Position numbers and translations under genes: made by a program. Below the pieces are notes generated by a model. That model was not told the origin of the DNA. It ran no database searches and saw nothing but the letters and a program-made list of their open reading frames with translations. A stretch of 64,000 nucleotides of DNA from an uncultured virus (IMG/VR IMGVR_UViG_3300008339_000033) (lineage: Duplodnaviria; Heunggongvirae; Uroviricota; Caudoviricetes). Of this stretch, positions 20,463-29,711 are shown one piece after another (within the stretch, counting starts at the first letter, position 1; every line of letters begins with the position of its first letter). The DNA lies in IMG/VR virus record IMGVR_UViG_3300008339_000033. The stretch is one strand, 5' to 3'.

Positions 20463-22679
20463 TTAGGGAGTATCTCCCAATATATCATTTATTATTTGTT
20501 GTTGATTTTGAGGAGGAGCACTATTATCTGGAGGATCAGGAACAGTACCTGGGTCTGGAGGGAGCCCTCCTCCATTATTTTGATTGTTTAAATCAAGAGT
20601 TGGGATATCATCGCCTTGTTCGACATTAACAGTTATATTAAATGTTTTATTTTGATCAATATATTGTTCATATAAATTATATTCATTTTTATCTTCTATA
20701 TTATCAAGATTATAATCAGTATTTAAATCATCCTCTAAAATATTATTAACTTTAATAGATTGTAATTTTGGCACAAAATTATGAATAGGAATAAAATTAA
20801 ACCCAGATACTTTAATCATATGAGGTAATTCATATTCGGTATCCCAAGTTGCATTAGAATCATTCATTTCATAACTAAATCCTGTTATAATACCTAGTTG
20901 TTGAATAAAATAACCTCCTATACTTAACACAACAAAATTTCCTCTCATATATCCTGTTTCACTATAATTTGGGGCGCATGCTGAGGCTAAATAGTTTAAT
21001 TTATTATATAATGATTTTAATTCAATTTGTGATTGTGCATATACTGTCCAAGATAATGAGACTTTTCTATCAAAACCAGTGTAATTATAAAATTTTTCAC
21101 CTCTTCCTAAATATCTATAATCTTGCCATTCTGTACTATAAGTATCAGAAATTTGATCTAGATATGCTCTAAATTGGATATAATTTATAGCCACATTATT
21201 TAATGAAACATCTTCTGAACCAAGAGAAAAAACATCTGTTAATAATTGATAATCTATTATACCTATTCTAAAAGGTATTAAATCAGGAAGAGTTGAAGTA
21301 TTATTACTGATAGATATACCAGGATTTGTTTTATATATAGGATAAAGATTTAATTTATCATAAGAATTTATACCTGCAGTATTTCCTAAATTATTACCAA
21401 CAAAAGTCCCATAAACCTTCTTATCTAAAGGATTTCCAGGATCTCCTAAAAGATATCTTGATTCTATAGTAGATTTAAGTTGTGAATTATATGGGTTATA
21501 TTCTCCATCTTGAATAACAGACTCATTATTATTTAAAGGTTTTATTATTTCATTTATCTTTTGTCTAAAATCACGTTGTCTAAGATTAGGAATATAACCT
21601 TTATATGATCTTTCATTAAAGTAATTATCATTACCCCTAACAGTAACAATATTACTATCTGTTGATCCAGCTTCCATTAATTGATTATATCCTAAAGTAT
21701 AATAATTTATTTCAGGATTTGTAATATCGTTAACTAAATTAGTTTTTACAGAAGGATTATCTAAACGAATTCTAGTTCTTCCTATTCCTAAAATAGAATT
21801 AGGTCCTCCAGGATAATTAAACAAAATATCAGGATCAGTGCCTATATAATCCAATGATATATTACTTGGATTATCATTTAGAAATTTTTTACCATATAGT
21901 CTAATTAAACGATTATCTGTTTGAATTTCTGTATTTTTTACTACATCAGAATATTTTCTTAAATCTCCAGGACCACCACCAATTAATCCTTGTTTATTAA
22001 GATGTAAACCTAAAGGACCTCCTATAACTTGAGCTAATGTATTTATTGGATTATAAATACCTTCATTATAAATAAGAGGATTTAAATTAGCAGGATTTAA
22101 GAATCCACCTATTACAGTGTTTGATGAAATTGTTCTAGTTGATTGAGAAGGAAGAGCAGATTTAGAAAGTATATTTTGTTTTAAAATAAAAAGATTTCCT
22201 TCAGTAGATTTAAAAAATTTAGTTATTCTTTCAAAATCATTTGTTACAGCTTTTGGTAATAAACCTCCTCCTCTAATAAGCCAATCAGGTCCTCCTGTTC
22301 CAGCAGCAGCTGGTTTTAAAGAAACACTAGTTCCAGAAAAATCAAATAAACTTTTATTTAATGTTCCATCTTCTATACCTCCAACAATAATTCTTGCTGT
22401 ATTTAATATACCAGAATATAATAAAATTGGTCCAACAATTGGTGCAAGACCATCAGCAATTGCACCAATTGCCGAGAGACCTGCTTTACCTAAAACTTCA
22501 AAATTTGATGGATCAGGATTGTATGAAATATTAAAATTAAGATCATTTGTAGTATTTAACTGTTCATTAGTTGCAGGGATAGCTGTTTGAATATAAGGTT
22601 GATCAGAAGATCCACCCCCTGACTCATCATGTCCAAATTTTAAAGATTTAAGATTGGTTGTAAGATTTATTAAAGCCAT
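20463..22679 (-). CDS. baseplate / tail-tube initiator-like protein
   Basis: C-terminal FRAYLDQISDTYSTEW...YLGRGEKFYNYTGFDRKVSL; lies between tape measure and LysM wedge genes. Confidence 0.6.
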   Translation of the reverse strand: MALINLTTNLKSLKFGHDESGGGSSDQPYIQTAIPATNEQLNTTNDLNFNISYNPDPSNFEVLGKAGLSAIGAIADGLAPIVGPILLYSGILNTARIIVGGIEDGTLNKSLFDFSGTSVSLKPAAAGTGGPDWLIRGGGLLPKAVTNDFERITKFFKSTEGNLFILKQNILSKSALPSQSTRTISSNTVIGGFLNPANLNPLIYNEGIYNPINTLAQVIGGPLGLHLNKQGLIGGGPGDLRKYSDVVKNTEIQTDNRLIRLYGKKFLNDNPSNISLDYIGTDPDILFNYPGGPNSILGIGRTRIRLDNPSVKTNLVNDITNPEINYYTLGYNQLMEAGSTDSNIVTVRGNDNYFNERSYKGYIPNLRQRDFRQKINEIIKPLNNNESVIQDGEYNPYNSQLKSTIESRYLLGDPGNPLDKKVYGTFVGNNLGNTAGINSYDKLNLYPIYKTNPGISISNNTSTLPDLIPFRIGIIDYQLLTDVFSLGSEDVSLNNVAINYIQFRAYLDQISDTYSTEWQDYRYLGRGEKFYNYTGFDRKVSLSWTVYAQSQIELKSLYNKLNYLASACAPNYSETGYMRGNFVVLSIGGYFIQQLGIITGFSYEMNDSNATWDTEYELPHMIKVSGFNFIPIHNFVPKLQSIKVNNILEDDLNTDYNLDNIEDKNEYNLYEQYIDQNKTFNITVNVEQGDDIPTLDLNNQNNGGGLPPDPGTVPDPPDNSAPPQNQQQIINDILGDTP

Positions 22680-22752
22680 TTATTTTTAAGGAATTTTATT
22701 TTCCTTTTTTGCCTTTTTATTTTATATTTTTTTATTTAATCTAGTGGGGTAT

Positions 22753-22956
22753 TTATTGAACAATTGGGCTCCTGATATGTCCCCCCTTTTTCTTACCGCC
22801 TGCTTTTACAGCTAATGGAGAAGGAATATTTCCATTATCAGTATCAACTGTTCGTTGAACAATTGGGCTCCTGATATGTCCCCCCTTTTTCTTACCGCCT
22901 GCTTTTTCAGTTAATGGAGTATCTTTATTTAAAAATTTGTCTTCTAAACTAGCCAT
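22753..22956 (-). CDS. small basic protein with an internal duplication
   Basis: KAGGKKKGGHIRSPIVQ occurs twice; late motif at 22975-22982. Confidence 0.65.
   Translation of the reverse strand: MASLEDKFLNKDTPLTEKAGGKKKGGHIRSPIVQRTVDTDNGNIPSPLAVKAGGKKKGGHIRSPIVQ
22756..22919. repeat. direct repeat, 52 bp identical core, 99 bp period
   Basis: 22756-22807 = 22855-22906, extending about 13 bp further with 2 mismatches. Confidence 0.95.
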
Positions 22957-22974
22957 GATTTATATGTTTTTTAT

Positions 22975-22982
22975 TATAAATA
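22975..22982 (-). promoter_or_regulatory. late-type promoter motif TATTTATA
   Basis: 18 nt upstream of ATG 22956. Confidence 0.65.
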
Positions 22983-22991
22983 TTAATTTTT

Positions 22992-25586
22992 TTATTTTAG
23001 TATTTCAGTACTTAAACCTTCATTTAATTTTACCCCACTTATTGATATTACTGGGTTATAATTTTTATTAGCTATAGTATTGTTTAACATGTCTAATTTA
23101 TTTAACATATTTTCTAATATTTTTAATGAATTAGTTCCTAAGTATGCTTCACCAGTATCTACTTTTGCAAGCCCTCCTTTTAATACTACACCTCCATTAG
23201 CTAATTCTTCTATATTTACTCCTTGAGCTTGTTGTACTATTCCTTCAGGATAAGCACCTGGATTACCTAATATATCTTGGATTAATTGTTTATTATCTGT
23301 TGACATAGGGGTTCTACTGTTGTCAGGATCTCTACCTGAGGCATGAAATATCGCTCTAGCATTAGCTATATCATCAATATCCATTCCTGGGATGAATACT
23401 CCTGATCCCCCAAATGCATTAGCTGTTCCACTAATTGCTCCCATAGATACAGTATCTAATATTTGCATTCCTGAACCACCTAAAGATTCAAGATATCCTC
23501 CAATTCCTGTATTTGTAGTTCTTTTATCTGAAAGAAAATCATATTGATCTTTTAAAGTTTGAGCTACAGCAACACCAGCTGCTAAACGTCCTGCTGCTCT
23601 ACCAAAACCACCCATTTTACCTCCACCACCAGGTCCACCAGGTCCCGGACCACCCCCCGGTCCGCCAGGCATTTGATTAACAACAAATACTTTTTGAATT
23701 CCAGTAACCATTCTTGTAACACCATGAAATAAAGTCATGATAGCAGCCCCCATTCCTATAGTCCCTGCTACTGGAAGAATATATTTTATTCCTGGGATTT
23801 TAGTTATATTAGAAAGCATATCAAGAACTGTTTGAGACATTTTTCCTAAAGGTCCTTCAACTAAAGATACAAACTGGCCTTTAATTTTTTTTATAGTATT
23901 TTCAAATTTTTCCTGGTTATCCAGTTCCATTTTAGCTACATCAAAATTCTTATTTCTTAAAGTTAGCTTTTCTAATTCTGCTGCTTTTTCATATTCTCCA
24001 TTTTCTCTATAAGCCTTCATTTGTTTTTCTAATTCAATTCTTGAAGCCTTATCTAAATTATTCAATTGTTCTTTTTTAATTAAAGTATCTACTAATTCAT
24101 CTGATGTCATTCCTATAGCTTTAGCTAAGGCATTTTGTTGAATAACATTTAAGTTTTGGAAATCATTTAAACTTCCAACATTTCTCATTAATTCTTCCGC
24201 AGCTCCTGCTGAATCCCCCATTAAAGCTAAATATCTAGCTTTTTCTAAATTTAAATCCCGGCCTGTTAATAATTCTGCTTCTAATTCTGCAGTTATAGAT
24301 TCCTCAAAATTTAATAAACTATTTGAAGCTTTTTTAGCATCTTGTAAAGTTAATCCTAATTTTTGTGTTTGGATTACTGCTTTTGCTATTAGATCAGGAC
24401 TACCTTTGTATTGGGCAAATAATTGACCATTTACTTTAGCTACTTCTTGAATAATTTTTTTATTATTTAATAATCTTGGGGTTTGTTTTCCTATAGCATT
24501 AACTATACCAACTGCATCTTGTCCTGTTAATTGAGCTAATTGTTCAAATCGAGCTGCTTCTTCATTATTTAAACCTAATCTAGTTGTTAAATCTATATTA
24601 TTTTTTAATACCTGATCTGAAAACATAACAGATGTTCCAAAAGCATCATTAAGACTTAAAAAAGCAGTTTTTAAATTTTCTTGATTAAGAAGAATATCTG
24701 AGGTGTTTCCTGCAATTTTAGAAAAGTTTTCATTTAAAATATGAGATTCTTCAGTTATTAAACCTAAAGATTTAGATATTTCTCTGGTTCTTTTATTAAA
24801 TTCGTTTGCGATATCTATAACGAATTTAAAAGCTGCAATTATTAAACTTAATTGTACTAAAGGATCTTTTAAAGCTGTTGCCACACCACTAAATATTCCT
24901 TTAATACCAGTTCCTAATACTAAAAATGAATTTCCAGATTTTGCAGCTTCACGAAGATCAGCATTCATCTGTTTAAAATATTTACTGTCAATTCCTATTT
25001 TAGCAAGTGTTTTTTGGATTCCATTAAAAAATGCCCCAGTTACTCCTAATGTTTTTTCAATATTTTTTTCTGTTTCATATAATTCCTCAGCTAATTCATT
25101 TAATCTAGTTAAATAACCTGTTCTTTGATCTAAAGCTTTAGTCAACTCTTGTTGCATCTGGAGATTTAATCCAGTTACTCTAGCTTGGGATAATTCATAT
25201 TTTAAAATTTCTATTTCGGCTTTAACCTTTTTTGAAATAGATTTTAATTCAACAGAATCTAAAGTTCCTCCTTCTTTTTTATGGTAATTTAATTTTCTAG
25301 CTAATGAATCTAATTCATCATAACTATCTACTATCTTATCAGCAGCTGATTGGGTAGCCCCTAAACCATCAACTAATTTTTCAACAGATCTAGCAATATT
25401 ACCAAAAATTCCTTCTAAAATTCTAACTTCATAAGTTAAATCATTAACAAGTTTAGCGGCTTTACTTATATTACCCCCTAAATTATTAATTTCTGCATTT
25501 ACATCAGCAAAGCCTGTACCTCCTAGATCTTTAATTCTTTGATCTAAATCTCTAATTTGTCTTTCTAAATCTGCAAAAGTAGCCAT
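22992..25586 (-). CDS. tape measure protein
   Basis: Long helical Ala/Leu-rich protein with hydrophobic segments; follows the tail chaperone; LLNFEESITAELEAELLTG. Confidence 0.8.
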   Translation of the reverse strand: MATFADLERQIRDLDQRIKDLGGTGFADVNAEINNLGGNISKAAKLVNDLTYEVRILEGIFGNIARSVEKLVDGLGATQSAADKIVDSYDELDSLARKLNYHKKEGGTLDSVELKSISKKVKAEIEILKYELSQARVTGLNLQMQQELTKALDQRTGYLTRLNELAEELYETEKNIEKTLGVTGAFFNGIQKTLAKIGIDSKYFKQMNADLREAAKSGNSFLVLGTGIKGIFSGVATALKDPLVQLSLIIAAFKFVIDIANEFNKRTREISKSLGLITEESHILNENFSKIAGNTSDILLNQENLKTAFLSLNDAFGTSVMFSDQVLKNNIDLTTRLGLNNEEAARFEQLAQLTGQDAVGIVNAIGKQTPRLLNNKKIIQEVAKVNGQLFAQYKGSPDLIAKAVIQTQKLGLTLQDAKKASNSLLNFEESITAELEAELLTGRDLNLEKARYLALMGDSAGAAEELMRNVGSLNDFQNLNVIQQNALAKAIGMTSDELVDTLIKKEQLNNLDKASRIELEKQMKAYRENGEYEKAAELEKLTLRNKNFDVAKMELDNQEKFENTIKKIKGQFVSLVEGPLGKMSQTVLDMLSNITKIPGIKYILPVAGTIGMGAAIMTLFHGVTRMVTGIQKVFVVNQMPGGPGGGPGPGGPGGGGKMGGFGRAAGRLAAGVAVAQTLKDQYDFLSDKRTTNTGIGGYLESLGGSGMQILDTVSMGAISGTANAFGGSGVFIPGMDIDDIANARAIFHASGRDPDNSRTPMSTDNKQLIQDILGNPGAYPEGIVQQAQGVNIEELANGGVVLKGGLAKVDTGEAYLGTNSLKILENMLNKLDMLNNTIANKNYNPVISISGVKLNEGLSTEILK

Positions 25587-25602
25587 TAACTATATGTTTT
25601 AT

Positions 25603-25610
25603 TATAAATA
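25603..25610 (-). promoter_or_regulatory. late-type promoter motif TATTTATA (tape measure)
   Basis: 16 nt upstream of ATG. Confidence 0.65.
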
Positions 25611-25620
25611 CAAAAAGGTA

Positions 25621-25905
25621 TCACTTTTTTGATACCTTTGTTGTATATGTTGGTTTTTCTTTAGGGATGATGTTATCTGCTTTAGCCTGTTTTAAAACAG
25701 ATATTGATTTATTTACTACATCTTCGGTGTCGTCCTTAGAATACTTCGTTTTATAATGTTGATATATTTTATTATAAGTGAATTTTCTTAACCAAATGGG
25801 CATGTTATAAACTGTTTCAAAATTATAACCTCCCTGTCCCCAAAAAACTATTTCATGTATTTCGGAAAATAAAAAATCTCTATACTCAGGCGTCAGGCCA
25901 AAAAA
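25621..25905 (-). CDS. second tail-chaperone reading frame (probably a frameshift extension of 25886-26647)
   Basis: Frame is open from the U7 run: FFGLTPEYRDFLFSEIHEIVFWGQGGYNFETVYNMPIWLRKF...; first ATG only at 25803. Confidence 0.7.
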   Translation of the reverse strand, partial: FFGLTPEYRDFLFSEIHEIVFWGQGGYNFETVYNMPIWLRKFTYNKIYQHYKTKYSKDDTEDVVNKSISVLKQAKADNIIPKEKPTYTTKVSKK

Positions 25906-26647
25906 AGTTAAGAGTAATTGGTACGTTGATGTCCTCCTCTACACCGCTTTCGAATTGATAAGTATATTTTAAGTCTATTCCTGGGGATATTGTAGCTACA
26001 TATTCTCTAAATGCTTTGGCATCTCGAGCTAATAAACCATTGTTAATAAAATTATTTATAGTTTCTGGTGAACTATCTCCATTAACTGAGATTATCATGT
26101 GTCTAAGTCTAGTAACTAGTTCAAAATTATCTTTAGGATTAATTTTCTTTAATCCTTTGATTTCTTTATCTATATTTTGTTCATCTTTATTAGTTAATAA
26201 CTTAAATGTTATTTTATTATTTGTATTAGGAAGTTTAAAACTAAATTCATTTCTTCCTGGTGAAACTAAATTATCAACAACAAGAGATTTTTCTTTTAGT
26301 TGAGTTAAATCTACAGTAACTTTCTCTGTAGAACTATTAGCATAAGAATAATAACTAAAAGTATAGTCTTTTCCATATCCTAAAATTCTAGCAGATAACA
26401 TTAAAAGATCTTTATCACCTATCAAAAGATCATCATAATTGAATTTAGTCACCACCATTGATTGGAGTAATTTATCAATTACTATCCCCTGTTCAATATA
26501 GTTTCTGTTAGTTAAAATATCTTCTTCCCTAGCAGTCATGTATTTCATTTCTACTTTTCCGGATGCTAAAGGAGAATCTGGTGGGTAAAGTAAACCCTTA
26601 GAGGGTAATTCAATTATTTCCGTTGGGAAATTAAAATTTGATTCCAT
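25886..26647 (-). CDS. tail/baseplate assembly chaperone (gp26-like)
   Basis: IELPSKGLLY, MTAREEDIL, ARILGYG, ends NFFWPDA; lies between tube and tape measure genes. Confidence 0.75.
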   Translation of the reverse strand: MESNFNFPTEIIELPSKGLLYPPDSPLASGKVEMKYMTAREEDILTNRNYIEQGIVIDKLLQSMVVTKFNYDDLLIGDKDLLMLSARILGYGKDYTFSYYSYANSSTEKVTVDLTQLKEKSLVVDNLVSPGRNEFSFKLPNTNNKITFKLLTNKDEQNIDKEIKGLKKINPKDNFELVTRLRHMIISVNGDSSPETINNFINNGLLARDAKAFREYVATISPGIDLKYTYQFESGVEEDINVPITLNFFWPDA

Positions 26648-26685
26648 TTAATATAACTTTTTTAAATTAAAGATTGTTATTTTAT

Positions 26686-26693
26686 TATAAATA
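26686..26693 (-). promoter_or_regulatory. late-type promoter motif TATTTATA (chaperone)
   Basis: Immediately after a terminator. Confidence 0.65.
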
Positions 26694-26706
26694 TCATAAA
26701 AAAAAT

Positions 26707-26736
26707 AAAAAAAGGCTCGGGACATCCAAGCCTTTT
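26707..26736 (-). terminator. intrinsic terminator after the tail tube gene
   Basis: AGGCTTGG/CCGAGCCT stem followed by a U tract. Confidence 0.8.
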
Positions 26737-26753
26737 AAAATTTTTTAAATTTA

Positions 26754-27242
26754 TTAGAAGTTTAGTACACAGTAATCAGGTTGAACTGTCATAGTAATAC
26801 TCTGAGCAGCAGATTCATTATCATAGCTATATTCACCAAAGTTAGCTTCAGTGATTAAAGCTCCTTTAATAATCCATTCAGAAACAATATCTCCTACAGG
26901 ACCTAATACGTTAAAAGTAAGATCTCTTTTATAGAAGTCCGAATACCCATCTCTACCTGTTACAGATTCATGATGTAAACGTACCCATTCCATTACTGCT
27001 TGAGCACCAGATGGTGTAATAGGATCAAATAGTGTAAAAGTAATTGTACCCCATTTAGATTTACCCTTAACAAATCTTTGAATGTTTATATGGTTAAGAG
27101 CAATTGATTCTTGAGTTAATGTAATAGCACTTACTCCTTTAATTATATATGAAGGAATACCTCCAATATACATAACAAATCTGTTTTGCTGTTTGGGTTC
27201 AAATGGAGTAAAAAATATTTCGTTTGGATTTAAAATTGCCAT
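26754..27242 (-). CDS. tail tube protein (gp19-like)
   Basis: FEPKQQNRF, GKSKWGTITFTLFDPI, YKRDLTFNVLGPVGD...W. Confidence 0.9.
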   Translation of the reverse strand: MAILNPNEIFFTPFEPKQQNRFVMYIGGIPSYIIKGVSAITLTQESIALNHINIQRFVKGKSKWGTITFTLFDPITPSGAQAVMEWVRLHHESVTGRDGYSDFYKRDLTFNVLGPVGDIVSEWIIKGALITEANFGEYSYDNESAAQSITMTVQPDYCVLNF

Positions 27243-27262
27243 GTCTTTTTATTATTTTTTAT

Positions 27263-27270
27263 TATAAATA
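27263..27270 (-). promoter_or_regulatory. late-type promoter motif TATTTATA (tube)
   Basis: After a terminator, 20 nt before ATG. Confidence 0.7.
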
Positions 27271-27280
27271 TCAATTTTTT

Positions 27281-27312
27281 AAAAAAGGGGTGGGTTATTA
27301 ATCCACCCCTTT
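27281..27312 (-). terminator. intrinsic terminator after the sheath gene
   Basis: AAAGGGGTGG...CCACCCCTTT hairpin followed by a U tract. Confidence 0.85.
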
Positions 27313-27319
27313 AAAAATT

Positions 27320-29389
27320 TTAATCAAAAGTTACTCCAGTTGGTGTGATGTTGAATGTTAAGTAAATAAATTCAGCTGTTTTAGTTGGTTGTAAATAAAT
27401 TTGACCAACTAACTGATTTCTATCTATCACATCTGGTGTATTGTTTGAATCATCCATTACTATTCTAAAAGCATATAATCCTTGACGTTGTTGAACACTT
27501 GCTAAATATGGATCAACTTGAGATAAGAAACTATTTCTTGTAGCTATAGTATTTTGTTCAAACACTAATGTATTAGCTACTTGAGAAATATATGATTTAA
27601 GAGCAATTAATAAACGACGAACATTTACTCTATCAAGTGCTGAGGCTTTTAATTGTAAGGTTTTCTGACCATATACCACAATACCTTGTCCTGGGAATGT
27701 TGCAATTGGATTTACTTTATTTTGGTATAAGTTATCACGAGTTGATTGAGATAATTTTTGTTCAACTCTAATTACAGTTGATAAACCACCTCTATTAATG
27801 CCTGCAGGAGCAAACCAAGGTTCAGCAATGTAGTCATTATTTGAATACACACCAGCAATCATAGTTGAAGCAGGTACCCAAACATTTTTACCTGTTGCTG
27901 GGTCAACTATTTGACACCATGGCCAATAAGCAGCAGCATATGATGTATCTCTAGATGATGCTTGTGAAATAACTTCTTGAGCAGTTGAAGCATATCCAAC
28001 TAAATCTACTACATATATATTATCTCCTCTTTCTTGAGTATTATTTATAATTGTAGATATTTTGGAAGTATGAGTTGTGAATTCATCTATTAATCCTGGG
28101 GTGAATAATATGTTGAATCTATAATCATCTTGATTTGATAATAGATTAATCATATTAGTATAATTAGCTGCTACTAATCCTTGAGAATTATTTTCTTCAA
28201 TTTCATTCCAAAATTTAGTCCCTGCTTTTACATCACCCGTAGCTCCAGTAAATGAACCACTTTGAGCAATAGGAAGTGAAGCTGTATATTGAGATTTAAA
28301 TTGTCCATTATTGTCAAAATAATTTGGAGTTAATTGATTAACTGATTTAACTCTTATATATCTACTTCCATTTGGATAGGAACCACTTAATTCAATTTGA
28401 TTAGTTGAAGGATTGTAATTATAAATATAATCACCTATTACTTTAGAAATATAATTAGAAGTAAAAGGATCTAATGATACAGTAAAAGTTTCTAATACTG
28501 TTGGGGAATTAGTAACATCATCTCCTTGTCTAATTAATATTGTAAATTGACCTGAAGAAGATACTGGGTTAATGATTTGCCATCTTATGTTATTAACTGA
28601 GCCGCTTACTAAAGCACCAGCACTATCTTCACTTCCTGAGCTATTCATAATAACTCCTTCAGAGATAGTTTCTAATACAAATGATGGTTGATTTGTTCCT
28701 CCTGTAAACGATACTGTAGTACTTCCTGAAATAAATGAATATGTATTTCCTGTTAATCCGTTTACTCCAGTAGTTGAGTTAAATAAAATTCCTGTAGAAG
28801 CAGAAACACTTGAGGTAATGTATTGTAAAGAAGTATTATAAGGAGATACAGAAGCACTAGCATTAAATGCGGCAACTACAGCTGTTGTTGTGTTTGCAGC
28901 AGATGAACCAGATGATACATAAATTGCAGTACTAGTATTAGTTGGTAATGAACTTCCTGTTACAGTAAATGTAATTCCTCTAACACTAAATGATGCTGAA
29001 CCAACTGAAGCAGCACCGGTATGAAGATAAGTAAATTCTGCATTAGCTGATGCTGTAGTAGCTAAAATATTACTATTAATAGTAGTAGAAATTGCAGGAG
29101 AATATGAACCAGAAACTACTCTTGCTACTAATAATGATAAGCCATTATTATTAAAATAATTATAAGCGGCAATAGAAGTAAAATAAGAATACGTATCACT
29201 TCCGCTTAATAATACATCCCCAAATTTACTAACATAGTCACTATAAGAAGTTACTATAGTAGGTAATTCAACAGGTCCTTTAACTGTAGGTCCGATAATA
29301 GCGGCTCCTACAGTTACTGGTTGTTGTCTGATAAAAGACTGGTCGTTTTCTATTGCTAAAACACCAGGTGATAATAAAACGTTAGCCAT
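27320..29389 (-). CDS. contractile tail sheath protein (gp18-like)
   Basis: LLSPGV..END, AIIGPTVKGP, PWFAPAGINRG, GQKTLQ, RVNVRRL, QPTKTAEFI. Confidence 0.95.
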   Translation of the reverse strand: MANVLLSPGVLAIENDQSFIRQQPVTVGAAIIGPTVKGPVELPTIVTSYSDYVSKFGDVLLSGSDTYSYFTSIAAYNYFNNNGLSLLVARVVSGSYSPAISTTINSNILATTASANAEFTYLHTGAASVGSASFSVRGITFTVTGSSLPTNTSTAIYVSSGSSAANTTTAVVAAFNASASVSPYNTSLQYITSSVSASTGILFNSTTGVNGLTGNTYSFISGSTTVSFTGGTNQPSFVLETISEGVIMNSSGSEDSAGALVSGSVNNIRWQIINPVSSSGQFTILIRQGDDVTNSPTVLETFTVSLDPFTSNYISKVIGDYIYNYNPSTNQIELSGSYPNGSRYIRVKSVNQLTPNYFDNNGQFKSQYTASLPIAQSGSFTGATGDVKAGTKFWNEIEENNSQGLVAANYTNMINLLSNQDDYRFNILFTPGLIDEFTTHTSKISTIINNTQERGDNIYVVDLVGYASTAQEVISQASSRDTSYAAAYWPWCQIVDPATGKNVWVPASTMIAGVYSNNDYIAEPWFAPAGINRGGLSTVIRVEQKLSQSTRDNLYQNKVNPIATFPGQGIVVYGQKTLQLKASALDRVNVRRLLIALKSYISQVANTLVFEQNTIATRNSFLSQVDPYLASVQQRQGLYAFRIVMDDSNNTPDVIDRNQLVGQIYLQPTKTAEFIYLTFNITPTGVTFD

Positions 29390-29416
29390 ATTTTATTTAA
29401 TTTTTTTAAGTTTTGT

Positions 29417-29424
29417 TATAAATA
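29417..29424 (-). promoter_or_regulatory. late-type promoter motif TATTTATA (sheath)
   Basis: 27 nt before ATG. Confidence 0.7.
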
Positions 29425-29446
29425 TGGCAACCCTTTGCGAAAAACT

Positions 29447-29698
29447 TTATTGAGAAGATATAAACTCGCCTTTAGCTAAATCTATAGAACCTTCACCATA
29501 TTTTTCTTGTAATGTTTTTGCTAAATTTATCTCAGTTTGTTTTAAATTAAGTATTTGTTTTTTTAAACTTTCTTTTTCTAATTCAATTTGATGAAATTGA
29601 AATTCACATTGTCCGAATTTAATAATTAATTCAGAACGTTTTTGTTCTAAATTTTTTAATTGAGAGATCTCTTCTTGTGTTAAAACTTTTGTTGTCAT
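29447..29698 (-). CDS. small coiled-coil protein (possible fibre chaperone)
   Basis: Heptad pattern; ends EKYGEGSIDLAKGEF. Confidence 0.65.
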   Translation of the reverse strand: MTTKVLTQEEISQLKNLEQKRSELIIKFGQCEFQFHQIELEKESLKKQILNLKQTEINLAKTLQEKYGEGSIDLAKGEFISSQ

Positions 29699-29711
29699 AA
29701 ATTTTTATTTG

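Noticed and set aside
22756..22919. Repeat-spacer-repeat resembling a mini CRISPR array
   Set aside because: Only two copies, 52 bp long, with an in-frame period inside an ORF and no cas genes.
25933..25939. GAGGAGG as a Shine-Dalgarno-type frameshift stimulator
   Set aside because: It lies about 26 nt from the slip site, simply encodes Glu-Glu, and the likely host makes little use of SD pairing.
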